A stretch of 64,000 nucleotides of DNA, from positions 4,227,628 to 4,291,627 of the forward strand of contig OZ037771.1 of the NCBI GenBank assembly GCA_964035545.1. Reading direction: 5' to 3'. Below the pieces are notes generated by a model. It was not told where the DNA came from. It did no database searches and saw nothing but the letters and a program-made list of their open reading frames with translations. This stretch comes from Bugula neritina (lineage: Eukaryota > Animalia > Bryozoa). The position numbers were made by a program, and so were the translations under genes. Positions 1 to 14,729 of the stretch are shown here, in pieces; within the stretch, counting starts at the first letter, position 1; the number at the start of each line of letters is the position of its first letter.

Positions 1-6
1 TTGCAG

Positions 7-444
7 AAAGGAGTTACTACCATTCACTCTAACATACAGCAAGGACACCTTGTGACAGTTGGCAGGTGTCAGTTCAAGGTGCAAGGTGCTTGCTCTGTAA
101 GTGGTCAACTACTGCTATCTAACTATCCCACATATAGTCCTATACATTCCTACCAATAAGCTACCCACTACTGTACCTATAGTCTTTCACCTTATATTCA
201 CTAGATATAAAGATGAAAGCACTTTTTCAGACACCATTTCAAGGAGTAAGCTTCCTACAACTGTTAACATTAGACTTCAATGATGGCAATTAATGTCAAG
301 ACTTGAATATTTCCAAGTAAAAACACCTGACGTTTGATTTTTTTCGAACAGCAATACACCCCGACTGCCACATGTCTGTCTTTGCCAGACAAAAGTGTAC
401 TCACATCTTGTTATATAACACTACTGATGTCATTTCTATTGTAA
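7..444 (+). CDS. Putative 3' exons of an unidentified plus-strand gene entering from the left edge
   Basis: Phase-0 exons with canonical sites: 7-96 (ttgcag|...|GTAAGT, open in one frame only, KGVTTIHSNIQQGHLVTVGRCQFKVQGACS), 231-245 (ttttcag|...|GTAAGC) and 352-444 (QYTPTATCLSLPDKSVLTSCYITLLMSFLL*). No homology recognised. Confidence 0.35.
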
Positions 445-2732
445 CTTTTGTATATTTTTATAACAGAAGGATATTATTTCTCAATATTACAGAATGAATA
501 CTATATGTGCACCGAGTCACACAGCCAAACTGATCTAGACATGCTACATATACCTATAATAAATGTGCTGCATCTTTGTTTACAATGTAATTTGCTTAAA
601 CTCTTAGTGCAGCATTAGAACAATTTTCTGCTAATATCAAATTCATATTGAATATGTATTATGTTAATATGTTTGGCATTGGATTAGAACATTCAACGAC
701 TACAGGAGTTGTGTTCTCAGCCTAATACTATAGTCAAATGTTACATATTTAATACCAAATAATGTTTATCTGTGCATCCTTTAGACATAATTAACATACA
801 TTTATCAGGTTTTCATTATCCAAGAAAAAGGACAAGTATTTGTGTGCTACTATTCTGCAGTGTAACTTTTTCAGTTTTTGTTTCTTATACTTAAAAGATA
901 TCTTTTGATTTAAAGAGCATTCATTTTCTATGGCCAAAGATTGCTGGAACAAAGCATTTTCTGAAACTACTAAAACTGTGCTTTAAATTTTTGGAATAGC
1001 TTTCTGGGGTGATCGTGGGAATCTAATAAGGTTTAGGAATAATTTCGTGATTTGAAACTCATGACTAAAAATGTTATGTAAGCTCAAGTGACGTTATCAT
1101 ATGACAAACAGTAGTGAAGTATCTCCTTGGCTAATACACCTTATCACATGTTTCACAGCAGAGTGATGCACAACATGGTGGAATATCTCTAGATAAGAGA
1201 GGAATACTGCGGTACATGCCATAATGTAGGATAAAGGACGAAGATTAGAGAATATTGTGGCTGAGTCTATCGGTGTTAGGTAGCGTTATCAACCATTGAC
1301 TGGCCATTTTTATCTCATAGTCTTTTAGTGCTGAAAGTGCAGCAATATGCACCTTATTCTACAGTACAGTATATTATTCAATTACATATAGTATATGTTC
1401 TTGATTACCAAGTTTTTGGAAGCTCATATTTCCTGGAAACTGGGTGTGTTGACACTATCAATGACATAGAACTTTCCTCATAAAAAGTTGAAGGAACTTT
1501 CTTACAAAATGTTTGCTGGTGCTAGAATCTAGTACATTTGGTTCACTTAATTAATAGTATCAGAATAAGGTCACTATTTCCTTTAGTAAAGGTACCAAGG
1601 TGGGTTATGTAGAATTGCATTTTATAAAGACTTTTAGATATTTAGATAATCTTCACTTGTTTGGAAAATAAACCTTGAGTTATCAATTAACACTGGAAAC
1701 TTTTTAAATAGCAATTGTGATAAAAAAAACTTGTTCTACTTCATGAAAATCACAGAGGAAATTTGATTGAATAATTTAAAGCAGTGGGGTTTTAGGCCTG
1801 GGCAATCCTCCAGCCATCGCCCCAAATTTATTGGTTCAAAATCTGCTTTAGCCAAACATTAATGGTAATTAATGTTTCTATTCACAAATGTTGGAGTTGA
1901 AACTTTTATTCTCGCGCAGAGATATTCCATCAGCGACAACCAAACCCCTCCCTTTGCACTTAGTGTCTGTGAATGTTTCTCTCACTACAACTTTTTCTCC
2001 CCTTAACCAGCCCATAGCTGGTGCTAATGACCTTAAATCATCACAATATTATGTTCATTTCCATTATTTGGCCGAGGGTTTTAATGGACTATTTTTCAAC
2101 TAAATGACGCTAAGCTGCAACTACTTAGAGTTTTATTAAATCATAATGTTTCAATTTTTAATTTCTAAGTTTTTAATGGCAAAAATACAGTTTTAAAGTC
2201 GTGCACTGTTACTACTAGCTACTAAACTTGAAGTAAAGCTGGTGATGAGTAAAACAGAGAATGAATATTGTATTCGATGCCAGTTGAATGCAGGGGATAC
2301 AATTCTTAGGTTTATACTATCTACTTAGACCGCTGCTACCAAAAACAGCATCACAATAGTTTATTTAAATATAACCAACTCAGCAAATTACAATTTAATG
2401 TTTTCACCATGATAACCTAAATATAGTCAGTCCTGCAATAGAACTGTTACCATCTATGGTGATCATCTTACATCTATATGTTTCTTAGAATCGTTGTAAA
2501 AGCTTTACTGGTTGAAATTCCTTTTATTAACTCTAGCTTTTTGCTAACACCATAACTAAATTTTCTACTTTTATAGCAAAAGGTAATTTGCAAAATTATA
2601 AATAATTATTCAAAAATTAAATGTGGATATTCAAATTAAGATTTGGCCTTCATTTTTTAGGCAACTAATTTTATAAAGAAAGCGCACATCACGTTGGCTT
2701 AGAGTGAGAAAGCAAGAAATTAAAACACTTAC

Positions 2733-3532
2733 CAAACTCTCTGGCTAAATAGCGGAGTATAGAGTTTGTTTGACTGAGGGTGAGGGGGGCCTTCATGTTG
2801 TCCCCTGAAACTTCAAGCACTGGCAACTGTCCAAACGGTGTAGCTATAAAACAAACAGGAAACCAATTAGAATGGTTATTGTTCAGGCATCTATCACAAT
2901 TGAAATGTTGATACTGTTTGTTATTGAGCGAGTGGACATGTTTATAAATGTGACTTCTTTCATTTGATTGCAGAAAGCAAATAAAAACAGCAAGCCTGGA
3001 GGCTTAAGTAAAAGTAATAAGTAGTAGTTAGTATTAAAAGCCAAACCTATATCCTTATATTAAAAGGCACATTTTTTGCATACTGATAACTTTGAAATTG
3101 GTTACTTAATTTGGATTTAAACATATTCTCAGGTAATTACGTTAATAAATAAGAAAATGCTGCAGTATTACATAATCTTTAATTATGCAATACTTAGTTG
3201 TAGGGTGTAAAGAGCTTAGTCTATGGCATGGGAATTAAAGTCTCACGATTTCAAGCACCAAATAGGAATATTTTAGGTGAAACTCAAATCAAATAGCAAA
3301 AACCACCTCTTGAAATTAAGTATATGTTTCGTGGTATTGAAGGAGCCGAGCCTGTTACAGAGAATTCATCTTTACACGACTCACTTGATTTCAGCGCCGG
3401 CCAATCAACATGGCTGATTCTCTTGTCAGTGTAGTCAACTTCTGCTAGAGCAAAGAGCATTCTGATTGGCTCAGCTCTGCCTCTGACGTTGAAATAGCTG
3501 AGAGTGTACGTCTTTTTCTCACCCACCCCCAT
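2733..3532 (-). CDS. Glutathione S-transferase, sigma class (HPGDS/S-crystallin-like), N-terminal domain only; partial
   Basis: Exons 3532-3385 (MGVGEKKTYTLSYFNVRGRAEPIRMLFALAEVDYTDKRI..W..LK) and 2843-2733 (TPFGQLPVLEV...LSQTNSILRYLAREFG), GT-AG sites, phase-consistent. C-terminal exons not found in 1-2732. Confidence 0.88.
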
Positions 3533-4376
3533 GATAGTCTTTGAAGATGTCGTGTCCTTCACTTCTCTGTCTGGTAACAGAAGCACTTCCTGTCGTGTGG
3601 ATATTTCAGCAGTCATAAGTCTATTTTGTGTCAGAACCAGTAGAAACTGAAGCTTTTGTGGCACTACCAGCAGCTTCTATAGTGATCTACAAGTAAATGT
3701 AAAGAGATTTGTAACCTACCTTTCTATGTAATTCACCAAGTTTGTAAATGGAAACACTGCTATGTCAAAAGTATTTTATTGAATTGAGACATATAGCTTT
3801 TTGAAAATTAAAATTTGCCTCTAGTAGCATAATTTTCACTGCAGTCCTTCATTAAAATCCAGATTTACACGTAGGTTTCTTACCCACTGAATGAGATAGG
3901 TCTATGCCTTAAGCAGGTAAACACAGGGTTTACTGTATCATCTATTGACAAAAGATACATAGTAAATTTGAATAGAAACTCTATGCATGTGGTGAATTCA
4001 ATGCATTTCTGAAAACAGCTATTCATAGGGTTTGATTCTATAGGATGTAATTTCAATTTTGCTTTAAAAATTTGACAGTCGATAAAATCTTCGTTGCTGA
4101 ATTTGTTCTACTGAAAATGAAGTCACTTTAAAACTAAATTCAGACTTGCAAGTTTATTGTATAGTGTATACACCACATTTTAATAGCCAACTTTTTAATT
4201 TTAAAGAAATTTTTTCATGGAAAAATATAATTTCAGTATTGCAAGTATCCTACTTATAAAAATTTTACATTACATAGCTCTGGATGCCATTGACGTAATT
4301 CATTAATGTATTTTATTCACAGTTTGGAAGTTGACAAGTAGAAAATATTAAATTTCTTAAAACCTGAGTGCAGACG

Positions 4377-4464
4377 TCAGTATTTTGAGACAGACGGCGG
4401 CGAGTGAAAGAATTTCACTGGCTGAGAAGTTAGTTATTACAAATTGCTTAAATACCTGGTAAGG
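4377..4464 (+). promoter_or_regulatory. Possible non-coding first exon (Inr-like TCAGT at 4377; donor CTG|GTAAGG after 4458)
   Basis: Motif match only; no downstream coding exon identified. Confidence 0.25.
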
Positions 4465-7400
4465 TATTTGATTTATTAACATCTATGATTTCTATTGAAG
4501 TGCAATTAATGACCAATAACTTTCTACTTCTGAAAGGCAGTTCACAAAATAGTAGTCCTAAATGTAATCAAGTTAAAAATTAAGATCAGTTTAATAGGCA
4601 ACTGTACTAGCATCTTCTATTAAACTGACTGCTAAAAGCCATCACCTGTTGATATTGATTTATATAATATTAGGTTAGTATATTATATCCACTATACATA
4701 AAATTAAAATATAATGCAAGACAAAGTGTAGTTTACTTAAATAAAAATTTAAAAATAATTATGTTATCTTGCAATTTAACTTTATGCTTTTTGCCTAAGT
4801 GCATTAGTTGAGTAAACTCAAGGGCGAGCTACTGTTTACGTTGCTGTAGGTTCTATTATGATTTCTATCCAGGGTCGCAGGCAAAATGTCTATAATTATG
4901 TAACGGTGTGTAAGTGGGGGAGCAAAAGTCACAATTAATTTTTTATAAGTCAACAGAAGTGAGAGTGCTTTGCAGCTGAGCAAGTACACATTCAAATAAA
5001 CCTATTTATCCAGTACATTGGTGTAATGTGATATAAAAAGAAAATAGAACCAGAGATGCAAATTAAATGGCACAATGGTCTCCTCGGCCTGTGATGTGAA
5101 ACAGCCATCAAGTACAGCTTACTTTTAAACTAAAATCAATGGAAATAGTCGAATGGTGAGTGAGGTATACGCAGGCCTAGTCACCTGGGTACACTTTTCA
5201 TTATTCATATTTGTCATATTCTATGAGGTTTTTCTATCAAGAAACAATAAGAGCCGCCCTTCAGTCTAGCATTTCCCTCGAATCGATGCTTCAAAAGATT
5301 ACGTTCCTAGGCACAGCATACAACATTATTTGTGTACATCTCAGTGGACAGTGCTCAACCCTGGAGCTCTGCTGTTAACAATATGGTCACGCTCTAGGTC
5401 ACATGCACCTGCTGCCAGGAAGGCATGACTTGGCAGCATTATGTCAGCATAGGGAGCCAACATAATGGTACTGAGGTGTTTTATACCAGCTAAAGTTGCT
5501 GGTAGTGACATGCTTATTGACCCTGAATAATCCAGAGTGAGAATACTGGCTATTATGTTGATGTAACAAGACTTTCTCAAAAATTAATAAATAGGTAGAC
5601 TTGAAAACTTTCAAGTGTTGCAATAGACTAAGGTAATTATAGTTTTTGTCTTTTTTTGTGTCGAAAGTTGGTTGAAATCAGAACAGGCATGATTTGCACC
5701 AAAAGTACCAGGGAATGTAATGTCGTCACACACGTTAATTTTAATGGTACTTGAAGATACTTATCAAAGTGCATAATATAAATCTTAAAGCACAAACTTT
5801 GTAAATCTTATGACATATAATTTCCTTTTTGATCTTTTGAACTTCCTGTATTGAAAGTTGTATCACCTATAATTTGATGTAAAGCTGAAGACACATTACC
5901 ATTGTATGCACATTATAGGCGTGCCAGATATCCGCCTCATCAAAAGTAATATTTTCAAATAATACTGCAAAGTTGCAAAAACTGGAATGCCTAGCCTCAG
6001 TTACTAAATACTAGTGTTTAAACAGAGGCATGGTACCACTGCTACAGAACATAATTTTGATACAACTACTTTAATCTTTGATGAAAAAACTGAGAAGTGG
6101 CAATTTTATTGAAGGAAAAGTGAAAGCTTCCCACATAAAAGCTGTTTTTTGACCCAGTGGGTGGCAACTCAGGTAACTATAGCTAAATTCTGGCGTATTG
6201 CCAATTCATGCCTGGCAGTAAACACCTGACAGCAGGTGGCTAAAGTCTGACAGCAACAAGAAATGAGAGCGACTGAAAAATTTGGTTTGACTGGATATAC
6301 CTAATCGTAGAATGATTTCATTACATCATTGCCATAGATACTACATTAACTGTTATTATTTCCTTTACAATGGTAGTGTATGTAAATATAAGGTGGTAAT
6401 ACAAAGATCATTTTACCCTCGAAAGTGAATAACAAATATTTAGATATGCAAATGCCTAGGTAATGGCGAGAAACGGTGTGTGCATAGGATTGCTGTACTG
6501 TACTACTTTATAGTAGCAGAGGAGCTGTAACAGCCTCATTATATGCACCTTTGGCAGCTTCTTATATAGCTTTATTTCTTATATTGAATTCACATCTTCT
6601 GGCTTGGAGCGTGGGTTGACAGTGCCAACTTTTAAAATCACAAAATGGTGTTAAAATAAGATGTTTTTTAAACTGCACATAACTGCAGTAGCAATTTAAT
6701 TTAATGTATATCCAAGTGAAAGCACCTTAGAGCACCTGCCAACAGAAGCTGTAGTTCAACTACCTGCCACTACAGCCCAACTACCTGCCACTACAACCCC
6801 CCCACTCCCTCTACAAGACTGATTAGCTGTGTTTCGCAGCAGTCAAAGTCTGCTTTGATGTTGAAGCAAATGAAATTAGTGGCTTACCACAAATTATTTG
6901 TTAATTACTAATTAATCTTTTAATGCTTTAACAGTGATAAAGATGCGCCAGCCTAGTGGAGTAATTATACTCCAGTGCAATATAAACCACTAAAATAGGG
7001 TAGAATACCTATTGGTCTAAAAATGCTGGATTATGGTAAATAATAAACAACGTACCTATATCATATCCATCATCATTTTGATTGTATATAACGGTAATTA
7101 TATATATTGAGTACTGACTTGTGCTAAATTAAGAGAATCTAGCAAACTGGTGATTGTTTATAGTGAACAGTTGCAGTGGTGTTGGGGGCATTTTCTAGTA
7201 TCTACGTTCTATAATAATATATAATGTCAAATATTATGTAAGCTTTATTAAGTGGCAATACTCACTATCATTACAACTACAGTAACAGTATTATTATTGC
7301 TAACAGTAATATAGCATTACTATTTATCAACAGTAGTAACCTATGGTTCAAATTATATGGTAATGGTTTTATCAATATGATTTCTATAAGCTTAAATAAG

Positions 7401-8105
7401 ACAGGAAAATTATCATCACCAAATTTGTATTTCAAGTATTACAATGATCAACAGTGATATGCCGTGACAAATGCCAATGGTGAATATTAATATATATATA
7501 TATATCTCAGCCTTCTCAGGTTTTCTTGAACTTTGTAGGTCTATATTACTAGTACTAATAGGTTGTGTTACAAAGTTTGTGATCATTATTAGTTTTTATG
7601 GCTATTCATCTATTGCTTAGGTAGCAAAGTTACAGCAATTAGTGAATCAAATGTTAATCTAACTATTAGATATTAGTATTATTACATTTAGTAACCTCAA
7701 CCTATTATATAAATTATTATCTATGACTATATAATATTAAATATGTTATAATATTATTAAATACTGAAAGTATAACTGTATGCGAGTAACACTATAACAC
7801 TAACAGTAATTTAATTATAACAGAAATAAATTAATAGATAATATAGGCTATAGCAATTACTTAGTGTAGGGGACATACAGTAATACATTAACGCATTGTG
7901 ATTGCATTATATTTATAAATAGATTATATTTAATTTTATACTAGAATCAAATTGAAATTACACATAAAAGATAATATAAATGTTGATTGTAAAAATCACC
8001 AACATAATGATTTTCAACATTTATTTAATACATTAGAATAAGTTATAACTCAGTTGTAAATAAAATTACAACAGTTAAATATAAATGTTAATACAAAGGT
8101 AACAG

Positions 8106-8270
8106 GCTCACCTGAAGGTGAAAACAAGAAAAGAGGCGTCAGGTTTCCTGAATAAGCGATGCTGATCAATGTTGCTCACGGAGCTGTAAAGTTCGATATG
8201 ATTATTATTCTCGCATTACTTGCCTTTATAAGCTGTACCCGTTTAACCTATAAACATAATTCAACCAATC
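8106..8270 (-). promoter_or_regulatory. Possible TATA promoter and non-coding first exon (perhaps of the GST)
   Basis: Minus-strand TATAAA at 8230-8225, CCAAT at 8265-8269, and donor CAG|GTGAGC after 8112, about 115 nt downstream of the TATA. Confidence 0.35.
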
Positions 8271-9161
8271 AGCTGCAAGAGCTTCTCCTTGTTATATCCA
8301 TACAATGGCATCTGGTGGTTCCGCGCAAGTAGTGCACCGTGCATAATGTTATTGTTTCCATACGTTACTGAAAATTATCAGCTGATTAGATGCTTTTTCA
8401 TTTAAAATTATTTAAATTAGTTTCCATACTAAGTGCATTTTAGCTGCAGAGCAGTTTAACAATAGATAATGTCAAATAAAATACAAAAGTAAAAAGATAA
8501 AAACTTATCAACTGGGTTTGAATGCCACAAAATATAGTTTTATGCATCTCTTCTATTCAATTTTTTTCGTATTTCAATTGATTTTCAACAAAATTCTCAA
8601 AATAAAGGGTTTTACTAGAATTTCAGTTGTTTATTCTTGTTTTAAATTTATTTGCTCTTTACTTATAAACTTGCCCAAAAAGCAAGACTAATTGTGTAGA
8701 GTTTCCTCATCTTTACTGGTTAAAATTTTATTATATTTAATAAATATTGGAGTTATACTCTCTTTTATTTTACAAGCCACGTTAACATGACTTTGTAGTT
8801 GAGTTTAAGAAACTTTTTATGTTTCTAAGCTGCAACTTACCAAGAGCTCTTTGTATAAATAAAAATTCTTGAGGTTTAAAACTTTTATTAAAAGTCGAAT
8901 TTTAATTATACAAATACATCAGTCTTTTTAACATGCAATGCCCATGATTGATAACTTCTCAACAAGTTTTCAAACTGCATATGAAGACGTCACGTACAAG
9001 TTTGATAAATTCTATTTAACCTACAAAAGTAACTTAGAGTAATAGCTGTAGTGAAATGTTTTTCAGTCAAAATAATGCAATATATCTAAATGTTTCAATT
9101 TAGCTTTCAACAACGCTTAATCCTGGTTCCAGGTTCAATTAGCAGCATAAGGCAATAAGAA

Positions 9162-9323
9162 AGCAGTCATAGCCTAGACTTTTAATCAAATCTATTGTGC
9201 CATGGGCTATGGGTTTAGGTACCGATCATTGATGATATGAGGAAGAGAATTCAGCTATAATTGCTCTTGTATCTTTCAGCAAAACCTGCTTAAAAACCCT
9301 TATAACCTGAGGTTCTCACAGGA
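9162..9323 (+). mobile_element. Degenerate copy of the tRNA-derived SINE family
   Basis: agcagtcat head, gatgatatgaggaagagaattcagctataattgctcttgt core and cctgcttaaaaaccct segment align by eye to the copies at 55820-56015, 17662-17772 and 63237-63442. Confidence 0.5.
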
Positions 9324-12300
9324 AAGAAAACATACAGTATGAGTTGAACACAAGCAGCACAACGTAATAAAAAGGTTCTAATTGATTCTGAGGAAAAGTT
9401 ACTTGCACCTATTTCAATAACTACTCCAACATCTCGCAGCTCTATTAACCTACTACTTACCTCACAATCACAAGTCTCAATACCTTACTATGTTGCTGCT
9501 TTGCTTTGCTGCCTTTTTTGATATAGTTTCTGCATATAGTTTTGACGTCAATGACTACCTACTAATTGTTTGAAACAATTCAACCCTTTTCATAACTCTG
9601 TGAGCACATAACTCCTGAAACACATAATGCTTCTTTTAGTGCTAGTATTAGGAAATGGAACTTTAGTTTAGCTTGAGTCTGTAATTTTAGCATTTCATTT
9701 CGGTCAAGAGCCATGGCTTTATTTCAAAAACAGACAAGTTCTTTGGCTACAAATTTCTTCTAGATTAAGGTCACCTTTCTTCAGGCACCCCTTTCTTCTA
9801 GGTTAGGAAAACATGCATGTAAACACACCTGTTAATACATTAAACCTTGTACCTAAAGTTAAAGCAGTAGAGACACTAGCTTTCTAAATCTGCTAAAATT
9901 AACCCACATAACTCATAATAACCGAATAATACTACTGCATATTCTAAATTCTTGATAATTAATGACCTTCATATATTAAACATTATTGCACAAATCTTTA
10001 GTTGCACTTATACACAAAGATGACACATGAAATGTAATATAGTTACACCTTCAGCTAATTCTAGTGCACACTACTGCTGTAATTAATTTAGAATAAAGAA
10101 AGAAGTGAGGTTCAACTTGTTATTCGAATGTCTAGTTTATATTTATAATGAGTGCAGGCTTTCTTTACTAAAATGATATCTGCACCAAAAGCCTTAGCAA
10201 CTCGAAGTCAACTACAGAAGAATACATATAGGAAGAAGCCGATGGTGACAGGAATGAACTTCAGTACTACATAATATTATATTGTACTTGATTTGGAAAT
10301 ACAATGAACTCAAACATTCTCTAAACACTACAGGCAAGCATAAATAGTGCAAGTGCATAAGAATTTATGTTACCTTGTGTAATAAAATGCATCAACCAGT
10401 GCTTTTACATTAGATGGGAATTAGTGTGTAAGCAATTACAGATACTGCATACTTTATATTATGAACAATTCCAATGATGTTCAAGGCTATACCAAAGCTA
10501 ATCAAAAGTAGCTTGCTTAATTTTCAGCTAAATTTTGTAGCATTAAGAAGAGATTATACTGCTTTTATCAGTTTAAAAATATTATAAAAAATGTAGCAGG
10601 TTTTTCGAGAATACCAGTAACTTTGCGATAAAAATAAAATTAGGAGGTGCTGCCTTTTCAATAGTACCAATTCCAGTAGAACTTTGTAACATAAGAAGCT
10701 ACATATAAATGAAAGCAATCATATTTCAAATCCCAAATGCCAAACCAAAGGTCATAAGCCCAATTTCTAGGCAAAAATTTACATCTCTGCACTGAACAGA
10801 AAACAATACAGGGACTGTGAGAGTTTAGTAGTTTACTAGTTATTGTGATGTACAACATAGTGGCAGCAGTTTAATTTTATGACAGCAGGTGTGGTTCTGC
10901 ATTGCCATTGGTGACTTGATGGAATTTTGATTAATTCAATTTGGTGCACTAATGTAAACACAAGTGCATTTTTAATAGTAGTTTATTTTTATCTCATGTC
11001 TGATTTGTTGATCTACAAAAAGACACAGTTTACTAGAGACGGTTCTATGAGCTGCTGTCTTACAAACATCATCATTTTATGTGTAAACATGTTTATTGAA
11101 TATCATAAAAACTCTGTACAGAGCTAAGTTATGTGAGAAAGAAGGAATGGAGTTAGAGAAGGAGTGAGACCTTTGATGCCCCTTCACCTAAATGTTCTTA
11201 GGCTGAAACAAAAAATTAGCATCTCTCTCTTTTGGCTTGAAGATTTCACAGTTTGTCAAATCTCCATCATTGTGAGAATCTCGTATGGTATTGATTTTTG
11301 TTTTGGTTTGTTAACAAAAAGTTGCTCGTTGTTCTACCTTATAGAACACATTAGAACGAACCACAGTGTACAAAGCTACGATGTGCATGTCACGCTACTG
11401 CAACATGGTAAAACGTGTACATTTACATTTAGTTTGTTTGTTTTCTCTTATTACAATTTATAGCTGTTACCATTGAACTATAATATTGAAGTTTTAGTTC
11501 ATTGGCTGTTGCAGCAACAGCAGAGATGCTGAGGAAGTGAACACACTAAATTAATAAACAACATTAACAAATAACAGTTGTATGCAAACAATAGCATGGC
11601 CAGTAAAATAAAAAACCCAAAAGGCATGTAATTATAGGCATATAGTATTCACTAACATGAATCCTCTTTTCAGCTGCCAGGTTTTGTGCTGTGAAATCAG
11701 TGATTTGATATGTTTAAAAACTGATCTGCTAAAGGTGGGTGAGGCAGCACGCTGTCTCTAGTGTCTCTCTCTCCTGAGATACACAAAATCCTTGTTGAAT
11801 TTCTGCAGTCACTTCACCTAGTTGATAAGATTCAAACGAGAAAACAGACCCGGCTGGTAATAGGATAATCTCCACCCTACAAAGAAGTTCATGAACTCTG
11901 TGTCAGCGCTGTGTCATCCGGTAATGTCCGATGTCACCAAGTGCAATCTTAAAAATTATCCTTCTGTTTACACAAAACATAAACATTTGCTGCCAAAATA
12001 ATTTGACTGGCAGCAAGTGTTTGTGTTAGATTTTCATAATTGTGCTAAAAAATTTACATTCCTGTAATTGTAAGCCCAGTTCATCAGTAAAAACTGGCAC
12101 AAATAAAAAAGGACTTACTGTAGCAGGGCGTTTTAAACAATGAGTATGGCAAGCCAACATTTTAAATATTGAAAAGTGTTTTAGACCAGATTTACCAATA
12201 TAATTCAGTAGTCAAAAACATTTAGTTTTTATGATTTTTTACCAGAGCCATATAACACACATATACAGACCTAAGACCTGCCAAATTTATTTTGAAGTTT

Positions 12301-14729
12301 AATAATTTCAGCAAAATCCTGCATACATGTGTAATGGTATCTCCTGTTTTCACCTGTTGCCCATAAATACATAAATAAATACTTTACAGTTGAACAACTG
12401 CAAAGATGTAGAGACATGCAGAAAGCTGCTATGTTGAACAAAACAGTGCAAATAATGGATGGTTTGAATTTTAGAGACTAAAAATTTGGTTCACCAAAGT
12501 TAAATGACCTGCATAACAGAATATTTAAAGAAATTACAGTTGGCATAGAATTAGAAGTGAATATTGCAGTTGTCAGTTTTTGCATTAATTCACAATGACA
12601 CACATACACTTAACAGACATCTTACACATGCGTGTTTTAATAGTCCTAGCCCACTGCCAGTGTCTGCGTACAGTGTTTATACAATACACCAAGAAACCAC
12701 TGACGTGTCCACACGATTTGAGTGCAGTAACCACTAGTGACTAGCCACCTGTCTTGCTCCTAGTAGTATATGCTATCCTCAAACACACTCAAACCCTAAA
12801 CTGCTCTTTAATGTTTATTAAACTTAAAAAGCTACAAAAATAATTACCAGTAATTATTTAATTGTTTTGAGGAAAAACTGAACCGATTGACCCCAGATCT
12901 AAGAAACAGAGAAACCATCAAATATTTAAACAAATGCCAACAGTTGTAAACACCCAGTCACTGATACTTTATTACACTGTTGACCTATATAGCCCAACTA
13001 TTTCCTGTTACAACTTGCAGCTTGTAATGTACATTTGTAACAGGAAAATCATAATAGTTTATGCAGAAGTAATATAATATATTCAACCTTCTAGTTTATC
13101 ATATTTTGTTTATTTTCCCTGCAGTAAAAGTATACTGTGTTACACACCATTGTACATGTTTTCTATTCATATACAGGAGATTAATGATTGTATTCAATCT
13201 TAGATTAGTGGCAATTGGCGATGTTGCTGTGAATAAAATTCTTTAATTCTTTAAAATTGACAAGACACCAAGGTTTTGAATCAGCTTTAAAAATCATTTA
13301 TTAAAATAGATGTCAAACTGGAAAAACTTTAATGTTTTATAGAAAAGTTCTGTTGATTTTTTAAGACTGGTGAATTGCAATGCTCTTTAATAAAAAAGAC
13401 GCACTGTTTTTAGTCGGCTTACCGTATGCAAGTTTTCCAATATACTTCTGAACGGAGACAATTTTAGAATTATATATGTATGAACAGACAACTCCACAAT
13501 TATTATGATGCTATTTAAAATGAGTATGTTGGCATCACTGAAATAGATTATAATTTATATGTATGTGTGCATGTATTAATTGTTGGCATATTATTTGCTT
13601 GCAGTAAGATTTATCTTTAGAAAAGGAGCAGACAACTGCATATCATATCTGTGCACAGTTCTCACACAGTGAATAAATAATATGTTAATATGCCCAGTGA
13701 TTTAACACTTGGATAATTTATACAGCTATAATTAAAACGGCAAATATTAAAATTAACTTCAATTTATTTTTGTATCTCCCTTAATTTCTTTTTTAAAAAG
13801 CTGTTGTTTAAAACAATAGTTGTTGAAGCACTATAGAAAGTAACAAAAGATGTTGAAAATCACTAATTTGAAGTGAGTATAGGGTCAACTAGTCATTGGA
13901 ATGTTATTAACCACATTGTATTTTATTTCTATTTGAAATAAAATACAATCTTTGTTTTAGAGGTATACATTTAGTAATGCATATAATGATTGCTAAAAAT
14001 GGAAAAAAGTTATGTCCAAAAGTTCAAAGTTGCTGTAAACATTGCAAATCAAATGAGTTTTGTTATAATATAACAAAGTATATTATACTTTGGGAATCTA
14101 AATTTTTAACCTATTTAGTGGCAGTTAATTTTAAGCCAAGCTACTTTGGCTAGTTGCATTATACACAGTATGTAATTGGTGTTTGAATTCTGATACACTG
14201 GCTACTACCTGATTGGACAGTTTGCTATTTGATCTCTACCACTTTATAGTAACATGTCAGGCTACAGCTGCCAGTAATTCGAACTTAGAACTCGTGTGTA
14301 TTTAAACTAATAAAAAACTTCAATAGCAAGGCTTTAACTGTTAACTAACTTATTGGTCTAGATATTATGCTGGGTACATTTATTAATGCTAATACGAGTA
14401 GTATTATTATTTATACTATTTTTACAAGAAAGGCTGCCTCGATTGACATTGTTCAATGCCTTTTATTTCAGAGTTGTGATCCCAAATGTCTTGCATCTGA
14501 AATTTAGGTTTCAACATATTGAACCGATTTATATTACGCACGCAGAGACTAGTTGCTAGTAAAATATTTTTTAAAATTTATTTTAGCAATTATTTACAAC
14601 ATAGAAGTAGTATTCTGTTATCCAAACAGAATCACAGCAAATACGACAATAAATATATAAATATGACCCAGCTCCCCCAGATTTTAAACAAGTTCAAACA
14701 TCTTTTCTAATTTTAAATTAAATGTAATT

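Noticed and set aside
1780-1860. RWLEDCPGLK as a possible GST C-terminal exon
   Set aside because: Followed by an early stop, no convincing splice sites and no other GST C-domain motifs.
6757-6798. 21-bp direct repeat x2
   Set aside because: Simple local duplication with no further structure.
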